64,000 bases of DNA from Methanocaldococcus sp. 28A. GTDB taxonomy: Archaea > AGJL01 > Methanococci > Methanococcales > Methanocaldococcaceae. The notes beneath the pieces were generated by a model. The model was not told the DNA's origin and made no database searches. It saw only the letters and a program-made list of their open reading frames with translations. Both the position numbers and the translations under genes were made by a program. The DNA is taken from the NCBI GenBank assembly GCA_049852185.1, contig CP187540.1. The stretch is one strand, 5' to 3'. Shown in pieces: positions 10,554 through 19,766 of this stretch; positions within the stretch are counted from its first letter, which is position 1; every line of letters begins with the position of its first letter.

Positions 10554-11669
10554 ATGGAGAAATATATTATAAAAACTCAAAGAGGTTTTGAAAACATTGT
10601 TGTGAATAATTTAAAAGAAATTGTTAAAGATTTTAATTATATTGTCTCTCCTGATGGATTTCATGGAATTGTTATAGTTGAGAGTGATGAAGATATAGAA
10701 GATAAAATTTTACAAATTCCTGAAGTTGAGAGAGTTTTGAAGGTTTATTTTGAAACAGAGACAGATTTTGGCAAAATAGTTAATTTAGCAGAAAAGATTA
10801 AAGATTATATAAAAGAGGATGAAACTTTTGCAGTTGAAACTAAAAAAAGAGGAAAACATGATTTTAACTCAACAGATATAAACATTGTGTTGGGAGCTAA
10901 GATTAAAGATTTAACAAACGCTTCAGTTGATTTAAACAATCCAGATAAAGTTATTCATGTGGAAGTATTTAAACATAAAACTTATATATCGATAACTCCA
11001 GGAGAGAAGTATAAAAAATACACAAAAGAGAAAAAAGATGCAAGAAGATTATTTAAAAAAATTGTTATTGTGCAGATGCCTTATTTAGGAGAAAAAATTG
11101 TATGTAGAAGATTTGGAGAAGCTATTGGAAGAGCTGCTCAGGGATTTGAAGTTAAAGAGTTAATTATATCTCCAAAAGAGAAAGTAGATGCTTATGAGTT
11201 GATGGAATTTATTAGAGGAGTTAAGATAGGACAGAATTCAAGATATGAAATACAAAAAAGAGCTTATCCATTTGAGATTAAATTAGTTCCGGTAACTGTT
11301 CAAGATTTGTATCAGGTTGTTAGAGATAAGAGAAGAAATAATAGATTGTTAATAATTACTGACCCAAAAGGGGATGAGTTATCAAAAATTAAAGATAAAT
11401 TAGCAAAAGATTTAAGGGGAAAGAGGGAAATTATTGTATTTTGTGGTTCAAGGGAAGGGATTCCAAGGGGATTATTTAGATTTGCAGATTATGTAATAGA
11501 TTTAGCTCCACACATGACATTTGCTACTGAACATGCCATTCCAGCTGCTTTAATAGCCCTGTGGGGAGTTTATTGTGATGTTGATGAAGACTTAGAAGAG
11601 GAGGCAGGAGAGAATAACAATACAAATAATTATGAAGAAAAAACAGAATCTAACTCAAATGATGAATAA
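10554..11669 (+). CDS. THUMP domain + SPOUT-family RNA methyltransferase
   Basis: N-terminal THUMP (TFAVETKKRGKH, VDLNNPD); C-terminal SPOUT knot (GSREGIP..DLAP..FATEHA). Confidence 0.8.
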   Translation: MEKYIIKTQRGFENIVVNNLKEIVKDFNYIVSPDGFHGIVIVESDEDIEDKILQIPEVERVLKVYFETETDFGKIVNLAEKIKDYIKEDETFAVETKKRGKHDFNSTDINIVLGAKIKDLTNASVDLNNPDKVIHVEVFKHKTYISITPGEKYKKYTKEKKDARRLFKKIVIVQMPYLGEKIVCRRFGEAIGRAAQGFEVKELIISPKEKVDAYELMEFIRGVKIGQNSRYEIQKRAYPFEIKLVPVTVQDLYQVVRDKRRNNRLLIITDPKGDELSKIKDKLAKDLRGKREIIVFCGSREGIPRGLFRFADYVIDLAPHMTFATEHAIPAALIALWGVYCDVDEDLEEEAGENNNTNNYEEKTESNSNDE

Positions 11670-11700
11670 ATTTAGTCTTTAAATTTATATTATAGGTTAC

Positions 11701-11758
11701 ACCGCACCCACTATGGGGTGCGGTAGAGATATACACCCTACCTACTTTGAGGTAGGGT
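11701..11758. other. Twin GC-rich hairpins between convergent genes (possible terminator, small RNA or element end)
   Basis: ACCGCACCC-ACTATG-GGGTGCGGT and ACCCTACCT-ACTTTG-AGGTAGGGT, two perfect 9-bp stems. Confidence 0.6.
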
Positions 11759-11808
11759 TAAAACAGCATTTTATTAATTAATTTTTATCTTATTTAAAAT
11801 TTTTGCTT

Positions 11809-12633
11809 TTAAAACTTAATATCATTCAATCCTAAGACATCAAATGTATTATAAATACCTTCTTTTTTGTTAGCAATAAATCTTATAGCTAATATAACTC
11901 CATTAACAAATGCCTGCCTATTACTTGCTCTGTGAGTGAGCTCAATTCTCTCTCCATCTCCAGCAAATATAACGGTGTGGTCCCCTACAACATCTCCCCC
12001 TCTTAGTGCATGTATTCCAATCTCTTCTTTCTTTCTTTCTCCAGTCATTCCTTTTCTACCAAAGACAAAGACACTGTCAATTCCCCTATTGGCTTTTATA
12101 ATCTCAGCAGCTCTTAAAGCAGTTCCAGAAGGAGCATCCTTTTTATACCTATGATGCATCTCTATAATCTCAATATCATAATGTCCAAGCTTTTTAGCTA
12201 AAAACTCTAAAGTTTTAAAGAATATATTCACTCCAATTGCAAAGTTTTGAGATATTACTGCTGCAACTTTATTATCTTTAATAGCTTTTTCAATCTCCAC
12301 CTTTTGCTCTTCTGTAAAACCAGTTGTTCCAATAACTAAATTCACACCATTTTTAGCAGCTATTTTAACATTTTCAACACATGCATCTGCAATAGTAAAA
12401 TCAACCAACACATCAGGCTTAGTTTCTTTTAAAACTTTATTTAGCTCATCTGCAGTTGATAATGGAACGCCAATTTTACCAATGCCTATTAATTCACCTA
12501 CATCCTCTCCTTTTTTTGGATGATTATGAACTTCAAATGCACAAACTACTTTCATATCATCTTGTTGAGTTATGGTTTTAATTATATTACTCCCCATCCT
12601 TCCTAAAGCTCCAGTAACAGCTACTTTAATCAT
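11809..12633 (-). CDS. dapB: 4-hydroxy-tetrahydrodipicolinate reductase
   Basis: GALGRMG, VIGTTG, EMHHRYKKDAPSGTA. Confidence 0.97.
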   Translation of the reverse strand: MIKVAVTGALGRMGSNIIKTITQQDDMKVVCAFEVHNHPKKGEDVGELIGIGKIGVPLSTADELNKVLKETKPDVLVDFTIADACVENVKIAAKNGVNLVIGTTGFTEEQKVEIEKAIKDNKVAAVISQNFAIGVNIFFKTLEFLAKKLGHYDIEIIEMHHRYKKDAPSGTALRAAEIIKANRGIDSVFVFGRKGMTGERKKEEIGIHALRGGDVVGDHTVIFAGDGERIELTHRASNRQAFVNGVILAIRFIANKKEGIYNTFDVLGLNDIKF

Positions 12634-12689
12634 TCTATCACCAAGAAACTTTTAAAACCATAAGGCTTCGCCTATAGGTATACCCAAAT

Positions 12690-12798
12690 TTTTGATGAAC
12701 CTTTTTTTAAAATGTTCATAGTAATAGAGGGTTTCCCTATATGCTTTTAGAAAAAGTTTCATCAAAACGGATGCATTGCTTCCTAAAGGAAGCAATGC
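12690..12798. repeat. Palindromic repeat family C, followed by an 11-bp hairpin
   Basis: TTTTGATGAACCTTTTT...AAAAAGTTTCATCAAAA (12690-12767), then GCATTGCTTCC-TAAA-GGAAGCAATGC; related arm at 60690-60739. Confidence 0.6.
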
Positions 12799-12843
12799 CT
12801 CTTAATATTGGATATTTGGCTTAACTATTCCACTTAATCTATA

Positions 12844-13383
12844 TTATTCTTCTAAACATCTTTTATGTTCTTCAATATCAAAATCGATTTCATAATATTT
12901 ATAGATTTCATCTGCAAGGTTTTCAGCAAATTCCTTAGCTTTTTCTTTACTTTCAAACCCTAAAACCCAAATTCCCCACATTGTTTCCCAATTGGATGAG
13001 AGCTTACAACTCTCTTTTATAGGATTTTTTCCATTAAATTTGTGGATAACTATCTTTTTATTCTTCCAATCAATATATAATGCATAGTTTTCTCCTTCAA
13101 TGTTAATATTCTCTATGTTATCTCCATAAGCTTTATTTTTAACATTCTTTTCTAAGTAAATTTTAATGAATTTGTTTAATGGTAGTCTTGAAATCTTAAC
13201 TCTTACATTTTTTAACATCTCTTCTAATGCTTCCTCAATTTCCTCCTCCTCAATCCAATTTAAAGTTATTGGTGTTAAAATTGTTATATATCTATCTCCG
13301 TCTAGTTCTATATCTAAAATTTTTAAGTATTCATTATAAATGCCAAATTGCTGTAATATTTTTATTAGATTCTTCATATTCAT
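12844..13383 (-). CDS. Hypothetical protein, translationally coupled to the HEPN gene
   Basis: 179-aa ORF; its ATG overlaps the TGA of the upstream gene (ATGA). Confidence 0.75.
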   Translation of the reverse strand: MNMKNLIKILQQFGIYNEYLKILDIELDGDRYITILTPITLNWIEEEEIEEALEEMLKNVRVKISRLPLNKFIKIYLEKNVKNKAYGDNIENINIEGENYALYIDWKNKKIVIHKFNGKNPIKESCKLSSNWETMWGIWVLGFESKEKAKEFAENLADEIYKYYEIDFDIEEHKRCLEE

Positions 13384-13738
13384 TCCCCTAACATTATATA
13401 AAGCTTTAAGAGTTTTTCAATAATTTCAAGCTTTTCAATAATGATTGCTATAAGTTGATTCTCTTTATAGCTATACAGTTCCTGCCTTATTATATGCAAA
13501 TAGTGAAAAAATTTTAATTTTAGATAGCTCTCTTTAAATTCCTCCCAATGTTCCTCATAATGCTTTCCATGCTCTAATCTTGGGGATAAAATATAATCAG
13601 ACGCATGCCTATAAAGCTTTAAATCCATCAAAAAGTTTCTAATCTTTTTGTTGAAATTTGCATATCTCTCTTTATTATGCCGTTTGAAATAGTTTAATTT
13701 TTCATATGCAAATATATACATTTATAGATTATCATTAC

Positions 13739-13753
13739 CAAAAAGTTTATATG
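13739..13753 (+). promoter_or_regulatory. Putative BRE/TATA promoter inside mini-element copy 1
   Basis: CAAAAAG-TTTATATG; conserved as CGAAAGA-TTTATATG in copy 2 (42819-42833, minus strand). Confidence 0.55.
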
Positions 13754-13784
13754 TGAATATATATAAGTTTTAAATAGAAATTAT

Positions 13785-13967
13785 AACTGCCCCAAATGCG
13801 GGAGTGAAATGGAGTCCCAAGAGAGTAGTCATAGCCAAATTTTAATTGATGGAAGGAGCTGGGGTCCCCTCGACAGGGGCAGAGACCTAAGCCAATGAAC
13901 CCAGAGGGTTGATGACGCCCAAGTCCAACGTGGATTTATATATAATTGTCCATGTTGGACAGACCCC
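13785..13967 (+). ncRNA. Candidate omega-RNA/sotRNA scaffold (possibly HgcC-related)
   Basis: GC-rich island in an AT-rich genome, conserved in blocks with copy 2, lying between the tnpB 3' remnant and the element right end. Confidence 0.55.
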
Positions 13968-14128
13968 AATCTTCTATATTTTCTCTAATATAAAACTCAA
14001 ATGCATTTAGCAGATATAGCATTCCATAATAAAATCTTGACACAAAAGTTCTCAAATCAAATTCTTTTAATGCATTTATACAGCTATCTAAAAAATGAAT
14101 ACATTCTTTTAAGTATGTATTGTTTAGG

Positions 14129-15406
14129 TTATGCATTCTTTCCATCACCTAAGACATAAACTTTAAATCCTTCTTTTTCCCAAGCTGCCCTATTTATTAT
14201 ATTTTTTGTATCAAGGATTATTTTATTTTTTACTTTTGAGGCAATATTTTTAATATCTTTTTTATTAAAATCTTTGTATTCATTGTGGTCTGCCAATACA
14301 ACAATAATATCTGCTTTATCAACAGCTTCATCTAAACTACATAGTGGATAGATAAAATCTCTCGCATAGCTATCATAGCATTTAACTTCAAAACCATCTT
14401 CAATTAATTTTTTGACGACCTTTTCAGCAGGACTTTCTCTTGTATCATCTACATTTCCTTTATATGTTACTCCAAATATTGCCACTTTTCCAGTATCTTT
14501 TTTTATTATTTTTTTAATCTTCTCAACGACAAATAGTGGCATTGAATCATTTATTTCTCTTGCAGTTCTTATAAGCATAGCATTTTTTGATTTCTCTACA
14601 ATAAACCATGGGTCTATGCTTATACAATGCCCTCCAACTCCAGGACCTGGTTTTAAAATATTAACTCTTGGATGTTTATTAGCTAAGCTAATTGCTTCCC
14701 AAACATCAATGCCAATTTCTTCTGCAATTTTTGCAAATTCGTTGGCTAAGGCAATATTAACATCTCTATAAGTATTTTCCATTAACTTAACCATTTCTGC
14801 TGTTTTGGCGTCAGTTAAATATATCTTTCCAGTAACAAAGGTTTTGTAAATCTCTTTTGCCATCTCAGCAGATTTTTCATCAACTCCTCCAATAACTCTG
14901 TCGTTTTCAACCAATTCTTTTAATATATTTCCAGGTAAAACCCTTTCTGGACAGTGAGCTAAATAAATTTTTTTATCTTTTGATAAATTTTTATAAATAT
15001 CGTCAGTAGTTCCTGGGGGTATTGTACTCTCTATAATAATTAGATTTCCATCCTCAAGATAGGGCTTTATGTTTTCAATAGCCTTATGCAAATAGCTTAA
15101 ATCACATCTTTTTTCTCCATCACACTCTATGCAAGGTGTAGGTACACAAATAATATAAATATCTGCTTTATCTGGTTTTGTTTGCACTTTTAAATTTCCA
15201 GAGTTTATAGCTCCCTTAACTAATGTCATTAAATCCTTCTCTGTAGTTTTAAAGCTTAATTCTTTAATCTCTTTTACTCTTTTTTCATTAATATCTACAC
15301 CTATAACATCAAATCCATGTATTGCTAACATTGAAGCTGTAGGTAATCCTATGTAACCTAATCCAATTACACATATTCTTTTTCCATTATTATTTTTCTT
15401 TACCAT
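14129..15406 (-). CDS. wecC: UDP-N-acetyl-D-mannosamine dehydrogenase
   Basis: [46 protein letters not shown]. Confidence 0.92.
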   Translation of the reverse strand: MVKKNNNGKRICVIGLGYIGLPTASMLAIHGFDVIGVDINEKRVKEIKELSFKTTEKDLMTLVKGAINSGNLKVQTKPDKADIYIICVPTPCIECDGEKRCDLSYLHKAIENIKPYLEDGNLIIIESTIPPGTTDDIYKNLSKDKKIYLAHCPERVLPGNILKELVENDRVIGGVDEKSAEMAKEIYKTFVTGKIYLTDAKTAEMVKLMENTYRDVNIALANEFAKIAEEIGIDVWEAISLANKHPRVNILKPGPGVGGHCISIDPWFIVEKSKNAMLIRTAREINDSMPLFVVEKIKKIIKKDTGKVAIFGVTYKGNVDDTRESPAEKVVKKLIEDGFEVKCYDSYARDFIYPLCSLDEAVDKADIIVVLADHNEYKDFNKKDIKNIASKVKNKIILDTKNIINRAAWEKEGFKVYVLGDGKNA

Positions 15407-15522
15407 TCTATCCCAATTTAGTGTTTTAGATTATTTATACTATACATAAAACCTTAAATAAAACCTTTGGTATAGTTATCTTCACAAATATTAATATAAA
15501 AAATATTCTGTGAGGGATTGTT

Positions 15523-16710
15523 ATGGAAAAAATTGCAGTTTTAGCCTACTCTGGAGGATTAGATACAAGCTGTTGTTTAAAGTTATTGGAAGATAAGTAT
15601 GGATATAAGGTAATTTCTGTCTGTGTAGATGTTGGACAGCCAGAAGAAGAAATAAAGGAGGTTGAAGAGAAAGCTAAAAAACTTGGAGTTTTAAAGCACT
15701 ATACCATAGATGCTAAGGAAGAGTTTGTTAAAGATTACATATTTAGAGCTATAAAAGCGAATGCAGTTTATGAGGGTTATCCATTATCAACAGCATTGGC
15801 AAGACCTCTAATAGCTTACAAAGTGGTAGAAGTTGCTTTAAAAGAGAATGCTGAGGCAGTAGCTCATGGATGCACTGGAAAAGGAAACGACCAATTTAGA
15901 TTTGAAACAACCATAAGAATCAAAGCACCACATTTAAAAATTATTGCTCCTATCAGAGATTTAAACTTAACAAGAGTTGAAGAAATTGAGTATGCAAAAG
16001 AAAAAGGAATTCCAATCCCAACAGAAAGTAAAAAATATAGTATAGATGAAAACTTATGGGGAAGAAGTATTGAAGGTAGTGAATTAGAGAATCCTGACTT
16101 TGTTCCACCAGAAGAGATATATGCATGGACTAAAAATCCAGTTGAAGATAAAGAAGAAGAGATTGTTGAGATTGAATTTAAAGAAGGAGTTCCAATAGCC
16201 ATAAATGGGGAGAAATTAGAACCTGTTGAGTTGATAAAGAAAGCTAATGAAATTGCAGGTAAGCATGGAGTTGGAAGAATAGATATTATAGAAGATAGAA
16301 TTATTGGATTAAAATCAAGAGAAAACTATGAATGTCCAGGAGCTGTTTTATTACTAACAGCTCACAAAGCTTTAGAGCAATTAGTTTTAACAAGAGATGA
16401 ACTTAGATTTAAAGAGATAGTTGATAGCTTATATGGAGAATTGATTTATAAAGGATTGTGGTTTGACCCATTAAGGGAAGATTTAGATGCATTTATAGAT
16501 AAAACTCAAGAAAGAGTTACTGGAACTATAAAAGTTAAATTATTTGGGGGAACTGCAAGAGTTGTTGGTAGATACAGCGATTATGCATTGTATAGTAAAG
16601 AGATGGTTTCATTTGATGAAAAAGAGATTGACCAAAATGAACTTGCAGGAATGGTTAAATATCATGGATTGCAGGCAATGTTGTATGAGATGGTAAAAAA
16701 TAAAAAATAA
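15523..16710 (+). CDS. argG: Argininosuccinate synthase
   Basis: [33 protein letters not shown]. Confidence 0.98.
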   Translation: MEKIAVLAYSGGLDTSCCLKLLEDKYGYKVISVCVDVGQPEEEIKEVEEKAKKLGVLKHYTIDAKEEFVKDYIFRAIKANAVYEGYPLSTALARPLIAYKVVEVALKENAEAVAHGCTGKGNDQFRFETTIRIKAPHLKIIAPIRDLNLTRVEEIEYAKEKGIPIPTESKKYSIDENLWGRSIEGSELENPDFVPPEEIYAWTKNPVEDKEEEIVEIEFKEGVPIAINGEKLEPVELIKKANEIAGKHGVGRIDIIEDRIIGLKSRENYECPGAVLLLTAHKALEQLVLTRDELRFKEIVDSLYGELIYKGLWFDPLREDLDAFIDKTQERVTGTIKVKLFGGTARVVGRYSDYALYSKEMVSFDEKEIDQNELAGMVKYHGLQAMLYEMVKNKK

Positions 16711-16746
16711 TAAATATTTATTTTTAACAATTTTTATCTTTTAAAA

Positions 16747-16838
16747 TAGGACTTTCGTAGGAATAAATATTTTATTGGAATAGACACATTAAAGGTGTCT
16801 AAATTCAAACATTAATATATAAAGTAGCGAAAGTCCTA
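16747..16838. repeat. Palindromic MITE-like family B
   Basis: TAGGACTTTCG...CGAAAGTCCTA with GGAATAAATA core. Confidence 0.85.
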
Positions 16839-17441
16839 TTAAAAGTCCTTATGAATTAGTGAAGGCATAACACTTTTTTGGTATGCATATTTTGATGTTT
16901 TCTTTTCACAATATCCTATTTCAGCAGGAGAGTTTAATTTAAAAAATATTAATTGTCCAATTCTCATGTTTGGATATAATATCACTGGTTTATCATGAGC
17001 AACAATTTCTAAGGTAATCTTTCCTTTAAAGCCTGCATCAATAAATCCTGCTGTTTGGTGAGAAGTTAAAAATACCCTTCCCAAACTACTTCTACCTTGA
17101 TAAAAAGAAGTGATATCTTTTGGAAGCTCTATGTATTCATTGGTAGTTCCTAAAACTCCTCCCTTAACAACATAATCTACATTATACTTTTCTTTGAAAT
17201 AATTAATTTTTTTCTCACTTAAATTATAATTTAGCGGACAAACTAAAATAGATTTTTTTATCTTTATTTTTTTGTAATTTAGTTGTTTTGATAAATCATA
17301 AACTTCGTCATTATAAATTATAAATTCATCGCCTAAGGTTACGTCATATGATGAAGGTCCTAAAAAGTCTCTATTAAATGGCTCTATAATTAATTTATTT
17401 TCATCTATTAATTTTAATATGTCTTTATCACTTAAAATCAT
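16839..17441 (-). CDS. dcd: dCTP deaminase (probably bifunctional, dUMP-forming)
   Basis: MILSDKDI, PSSYDVTLG, GRSSLGR, AGFIDAGFKGKITLE. Confidence 0.92.
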   Translation of the reverse strand: MILSDKDILKLIDENKLIIEPFNRDFLGPSSYDVTLGDEFIIYNDEVYDLSKQLNYKKIKIKKSILVCPLNYNLSEKKINYFKEKYNVDYVVKGGVLGTTNEYIELPKDITSFYQGRSSLGRVFLTSHQTAGFIDAGFKGKITLEIVAHDKPVILYPNMRIGQLIFFKLNSPAEIGYCEKKTSKYAYQKSVMPSLIHKDF

Positions 17442-17554
17442 TAATATTCACCAATTAGATAATTTGAAAATAATTAACAAAAGAAAATATTTTTAAAGTT
17501 TTTGGATTTTATTTTTAAAATTTAATATGAAAATATAACAAAAATAATTTTTAA

Positions 17555-17728
17555 TAGGACTTTCATATGAATAAATATTAAACGGAATTTTTAATGCTAA
17601 ATGCATTATTTTTTCCCTGTTAAGTATATAAACTACGAAAATCTTATTTTAATTTTTTGTAATGCTTGTTATAATATAATATATAAATATTAATATTATT
17701 AATATATTTATTCCTGCGGAAAGTCCTA
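17555..17728. repeat. Two adjacent diverged family-B copies
   Basis: TAGGACTTTC...CGAAAATCTTA, then TATTTATTCCTGCGGAAAGTCCTA. Confidence 0.65.
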
Positions 17729-17778
17729 TATTATTTCTCGATGCGTAATATTTTTAGGGTAAAACAATTTTGTAGCAC

Positions 17779-18009
17779 TTATGATACATTTATGTCCATA
17801 ATTTTTTGAGTAACGTTATAGGTTTTGTTTGCCAAATTTGTTACTGTCTTATTTGCAGTTTTTCCTGTTAAGTCCATTTGGGTATTTTTAATATTTTTTA
17901 CATAGGAATAAGCTACAATTATACTTACTAACACTGCAGATGCGACGATAATGCCGAGTTCTGTAGATATTTGCCCTCTTTTTGACGATATCAGTGAAGT
18001 AATGGACAA
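17779..18009 (-). CDS. Class III signal peptide (type IV pilin-like) protein
   Basis: KRG|QISTE followed by a hydrophobic helix; QxSxE motif of EppA-type substrates; N-x-T/S sequons. Confidence 0.85.
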   Translation of the reverse strand: MSITSLISSKRGQISTELGIIVASAVLVSIIVAYSYVKNIKNTQMDLTGKTANKTVTNLANKTYNVTQKIMDINVS

Positions 18010-18201
18010 TATATCACCTCAAAATACCAAAATAGAGAGTATTATAATATTTCACATTAATAAACAATATAATCAATATAATTAATATTTTATCTAATTT
18101 AATTAATCAATTTAAATTATTAGAACCATACTTTAATAAAACATTATTTATTAATTAAAAAATAAATTTATTTTAAAAAATAAAATAAAAAGTAAGTTAT
18201 A

Positions 18202-18429
18202 TTATGATACACTTATATTTGTAATTTGTCCTGTAATTTCAGATGCTTTTTGTGCTAATTGGGTTGTTGTATTATTTGCAACCTCTCCTGCTTTACTAGC
18301 TTGGGAGCTAACGTTCTTTACATAGTAGTATCCTGCAATAATTGCAACTAATACAGCTGCAGCAACTAATATCCCAATCTCCATTGAGATTTGCCCTTTC
18401 TTTGACAACAATTTTTTAATTAATTTCAT
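18202..18429 (-). CDS. Class III signal peptide (type IV pilin-like) protein, paralog
   Basis: KKG|QISME followed by a hydrophobic helix; GGTGA SD before ATG 18429; sequons NNT, NTT, NIS. Confidence 0.88.
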   Translation of the reverse strand: MKLIKKLLSKKGQISMEIGILVAAAVLVAIIAGYYYVKNVSSQASKAGEVANNTTTQLAQKASEITGQITNISVS

Positions 18430-18621
18430 TATTTTCACCCTCTTTATTATTGGAATCTTTATCATAGATTTGTGCATTGTAGGGTATATATACTTTTTTA
18501 TTTTTTGCATTACAAAGCAACATTTAGACTTTTCTTTTGTGTCTTTTTAATATTTATCTTTTTAATAACTTTTCATTTAATAATTTTTCATCTTTTTATC
18601 ATTTAAATTATAATCCTAAAT

Positions 18622-18903
18622 CTATTTAAGTATATTTCCTTTAGACAAATTCAAAATCTCATAAATATACTTTTTAAACTCTTCTTTCCCTTTATCAGTT
18701 ATTTTAATTATTGTTTTAACTTTTCCTTTTATTATTGATTTTTTTATTTCTATATAATTCTCATTCTCTAAGATTTTTAAATGATGTTCTAAATTCCCAG
18801 GTGTTAAATTTAATTTTTCTAATAAATACTTAAATTCACAATACTCTAACCCGTACAACAAAGCTAATATTTTAACTCTAACAACCGAGTTAAATATTTT
18901 CAT
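18622..18903 (-). CDS. Winged-HTH transcriptional regulator (ArsR/MarR-like)
   Basis: RVKILALL...LTPGNLEHHLKILE..YI...ITDKG. Confidence 0.85.
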   Translation of the reverse strand: MKIFNSVVRVKILALLYGLEYCEFKYLLEKLNLTPGNLEHHLKILENENYIEIKKSIIKGKVKTIIKITDKGKEEFKKYIYEILNLSKGNILK

Positions 18904-18907
18904 GATT

Positions 18908-19438
18908 TCACGTTTCTTTACATATTAAAAAACACAATGCAATTAAAAATTGAACCATAGCAAAAATTAGAAATTGATAGACATTAAAAATAAACATAGG
19001 TATTGAAGAAAAAATCATTAAGCTTCCTAAAATCTTCCTTTTTTTTGATTTAAATAAAATTCCATCAATTATTAATAAAAATCCGAAGAATACTGCAATC
19101 TCTATTCCAACAATATTTGGATAGGTATATAATGTAATGGAAGATAAAATAACAATAGTAATTATTCCATAAAATACAATTTCCTCAAAAATTTTTTCAA
19201 AATAGCAATGAGTTTTTTTAAATAGATTTTTTTGTCTAATAATTAATATTCCTCCAATAATAATTAATAATGAAATTATAAAAAGAATATTAAAACTCCA
19301 AAATTTTATGGAGATATGGATTAGGATAAAAATTAACCCACTTAAAAAATATGAAATAAAATAAACTTTATTTTTATATTTTACATCCTCTGAGGAGTAA
19401 CTTCTTTCTACTAACTCTAAAATTTCTTTTGCATCCAT
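18908..19438 (-). CDS. Hypothetical membrane protein
   Basis: 176-aa ORF with several hydrophobic helices, co-oriented in an operon. Confidence 0.75.
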   Translation of the reverse strand: MDAKEILELVERSYSSEDVKYKNKVYFISYFLSGLIFILIHISIKFWSFNILFIISLLIIIGGILIIRQKNLFKKTHCYFEKIFEEIVFYGIITIVILSSITLYTYPNIVGIEIAVFFGFLLIIDGILFKSKKRKILGSLMIFSSIPMFIFNVYQFLIFAMVQFLIALCFLICKET

Positions 19439-19448
19439 AAAAATCCCC

Positions 19449-19766
19449 TTATATCCTTAAATAAATATAAACCTCATATTTCTTTCCATTTTCATCTACA
19501 GCTACTGTTTTCTCTCTAATGTAATAAACATTTAAATCTTCATAATCATCAAAAATTTTTAGTTCTTTATCATTAATATCTAATAATATAATACCATCAA
19601 TATAACTATTTTCTTTTTTCCTAGCTCCATAATATCCAATTGTTTCATCAAAAAACTTTTCATAGCCATACACTCTACCTATAATCATCTTTGGCACTCT
19701 ATTTATCAATTCCAATAATCTCTCTTTTTTCATTAACTCTCCATAAGCGAATATATTATATTTCAT
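19449..19766 (-). CDS. Gamma-glutamylcyclotransferase/AIG2-like protein
   Basis: FAYGELM, FDDYE, Y.R...V motifs. Confidence 0.8.
   Translation of the reverse strand: MKYNIFAYGELMKKERLLELINRVPKMIIGRVYGYEKFFDETIGYYGARKKENSYIDGIILLDINDKELKIFDDYEDLNVYYIREKTVAVDENGKKYEVYIYLRI

Larger units (their letters stand above)
13680..13967 (+). mobile_element. Non-autonomous IS607-like mini-element, copy 1 (promoter + tnpB 3' remnant + structured right end)
   Basis: CC at both junctions; left end CCGTTTGAAA; CPKCGSEMESQE codons at 13788-13823; right end GGACAGACC; near-identical blocks at 42543-42892. Confidence 0.8.
13380..14136 (-). pseudogene. HEPN-domain gene (COG1895-like, 156 aa reconstructed) split by an IS607-like mini-element
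   Basis: Removing 13680-13965 joins ...ENIEDW to HNKERY... in frame. The product has SRFYYGM, W-H and LYRHASDY motifs typical of HEPN proteins. ATG overlaps the wecC stop. Confidence 0.8.

Noticed and set aside
11701-11758. Twin hairpin as tRNA fragment, SECIS element or mini-CRISPR
   Set aside because: There is no cloverleaf or T-loop, no GAA/A internal loop, no in-frame UGA in the neighbours, and no similarity to the CRISPR repeat.
13380-14148. Two separate ORFs of 113 aa and 70 aa
   Set aside because: They are halves of one HEPN gene. The start of one and the end of the other come from the inserted element.
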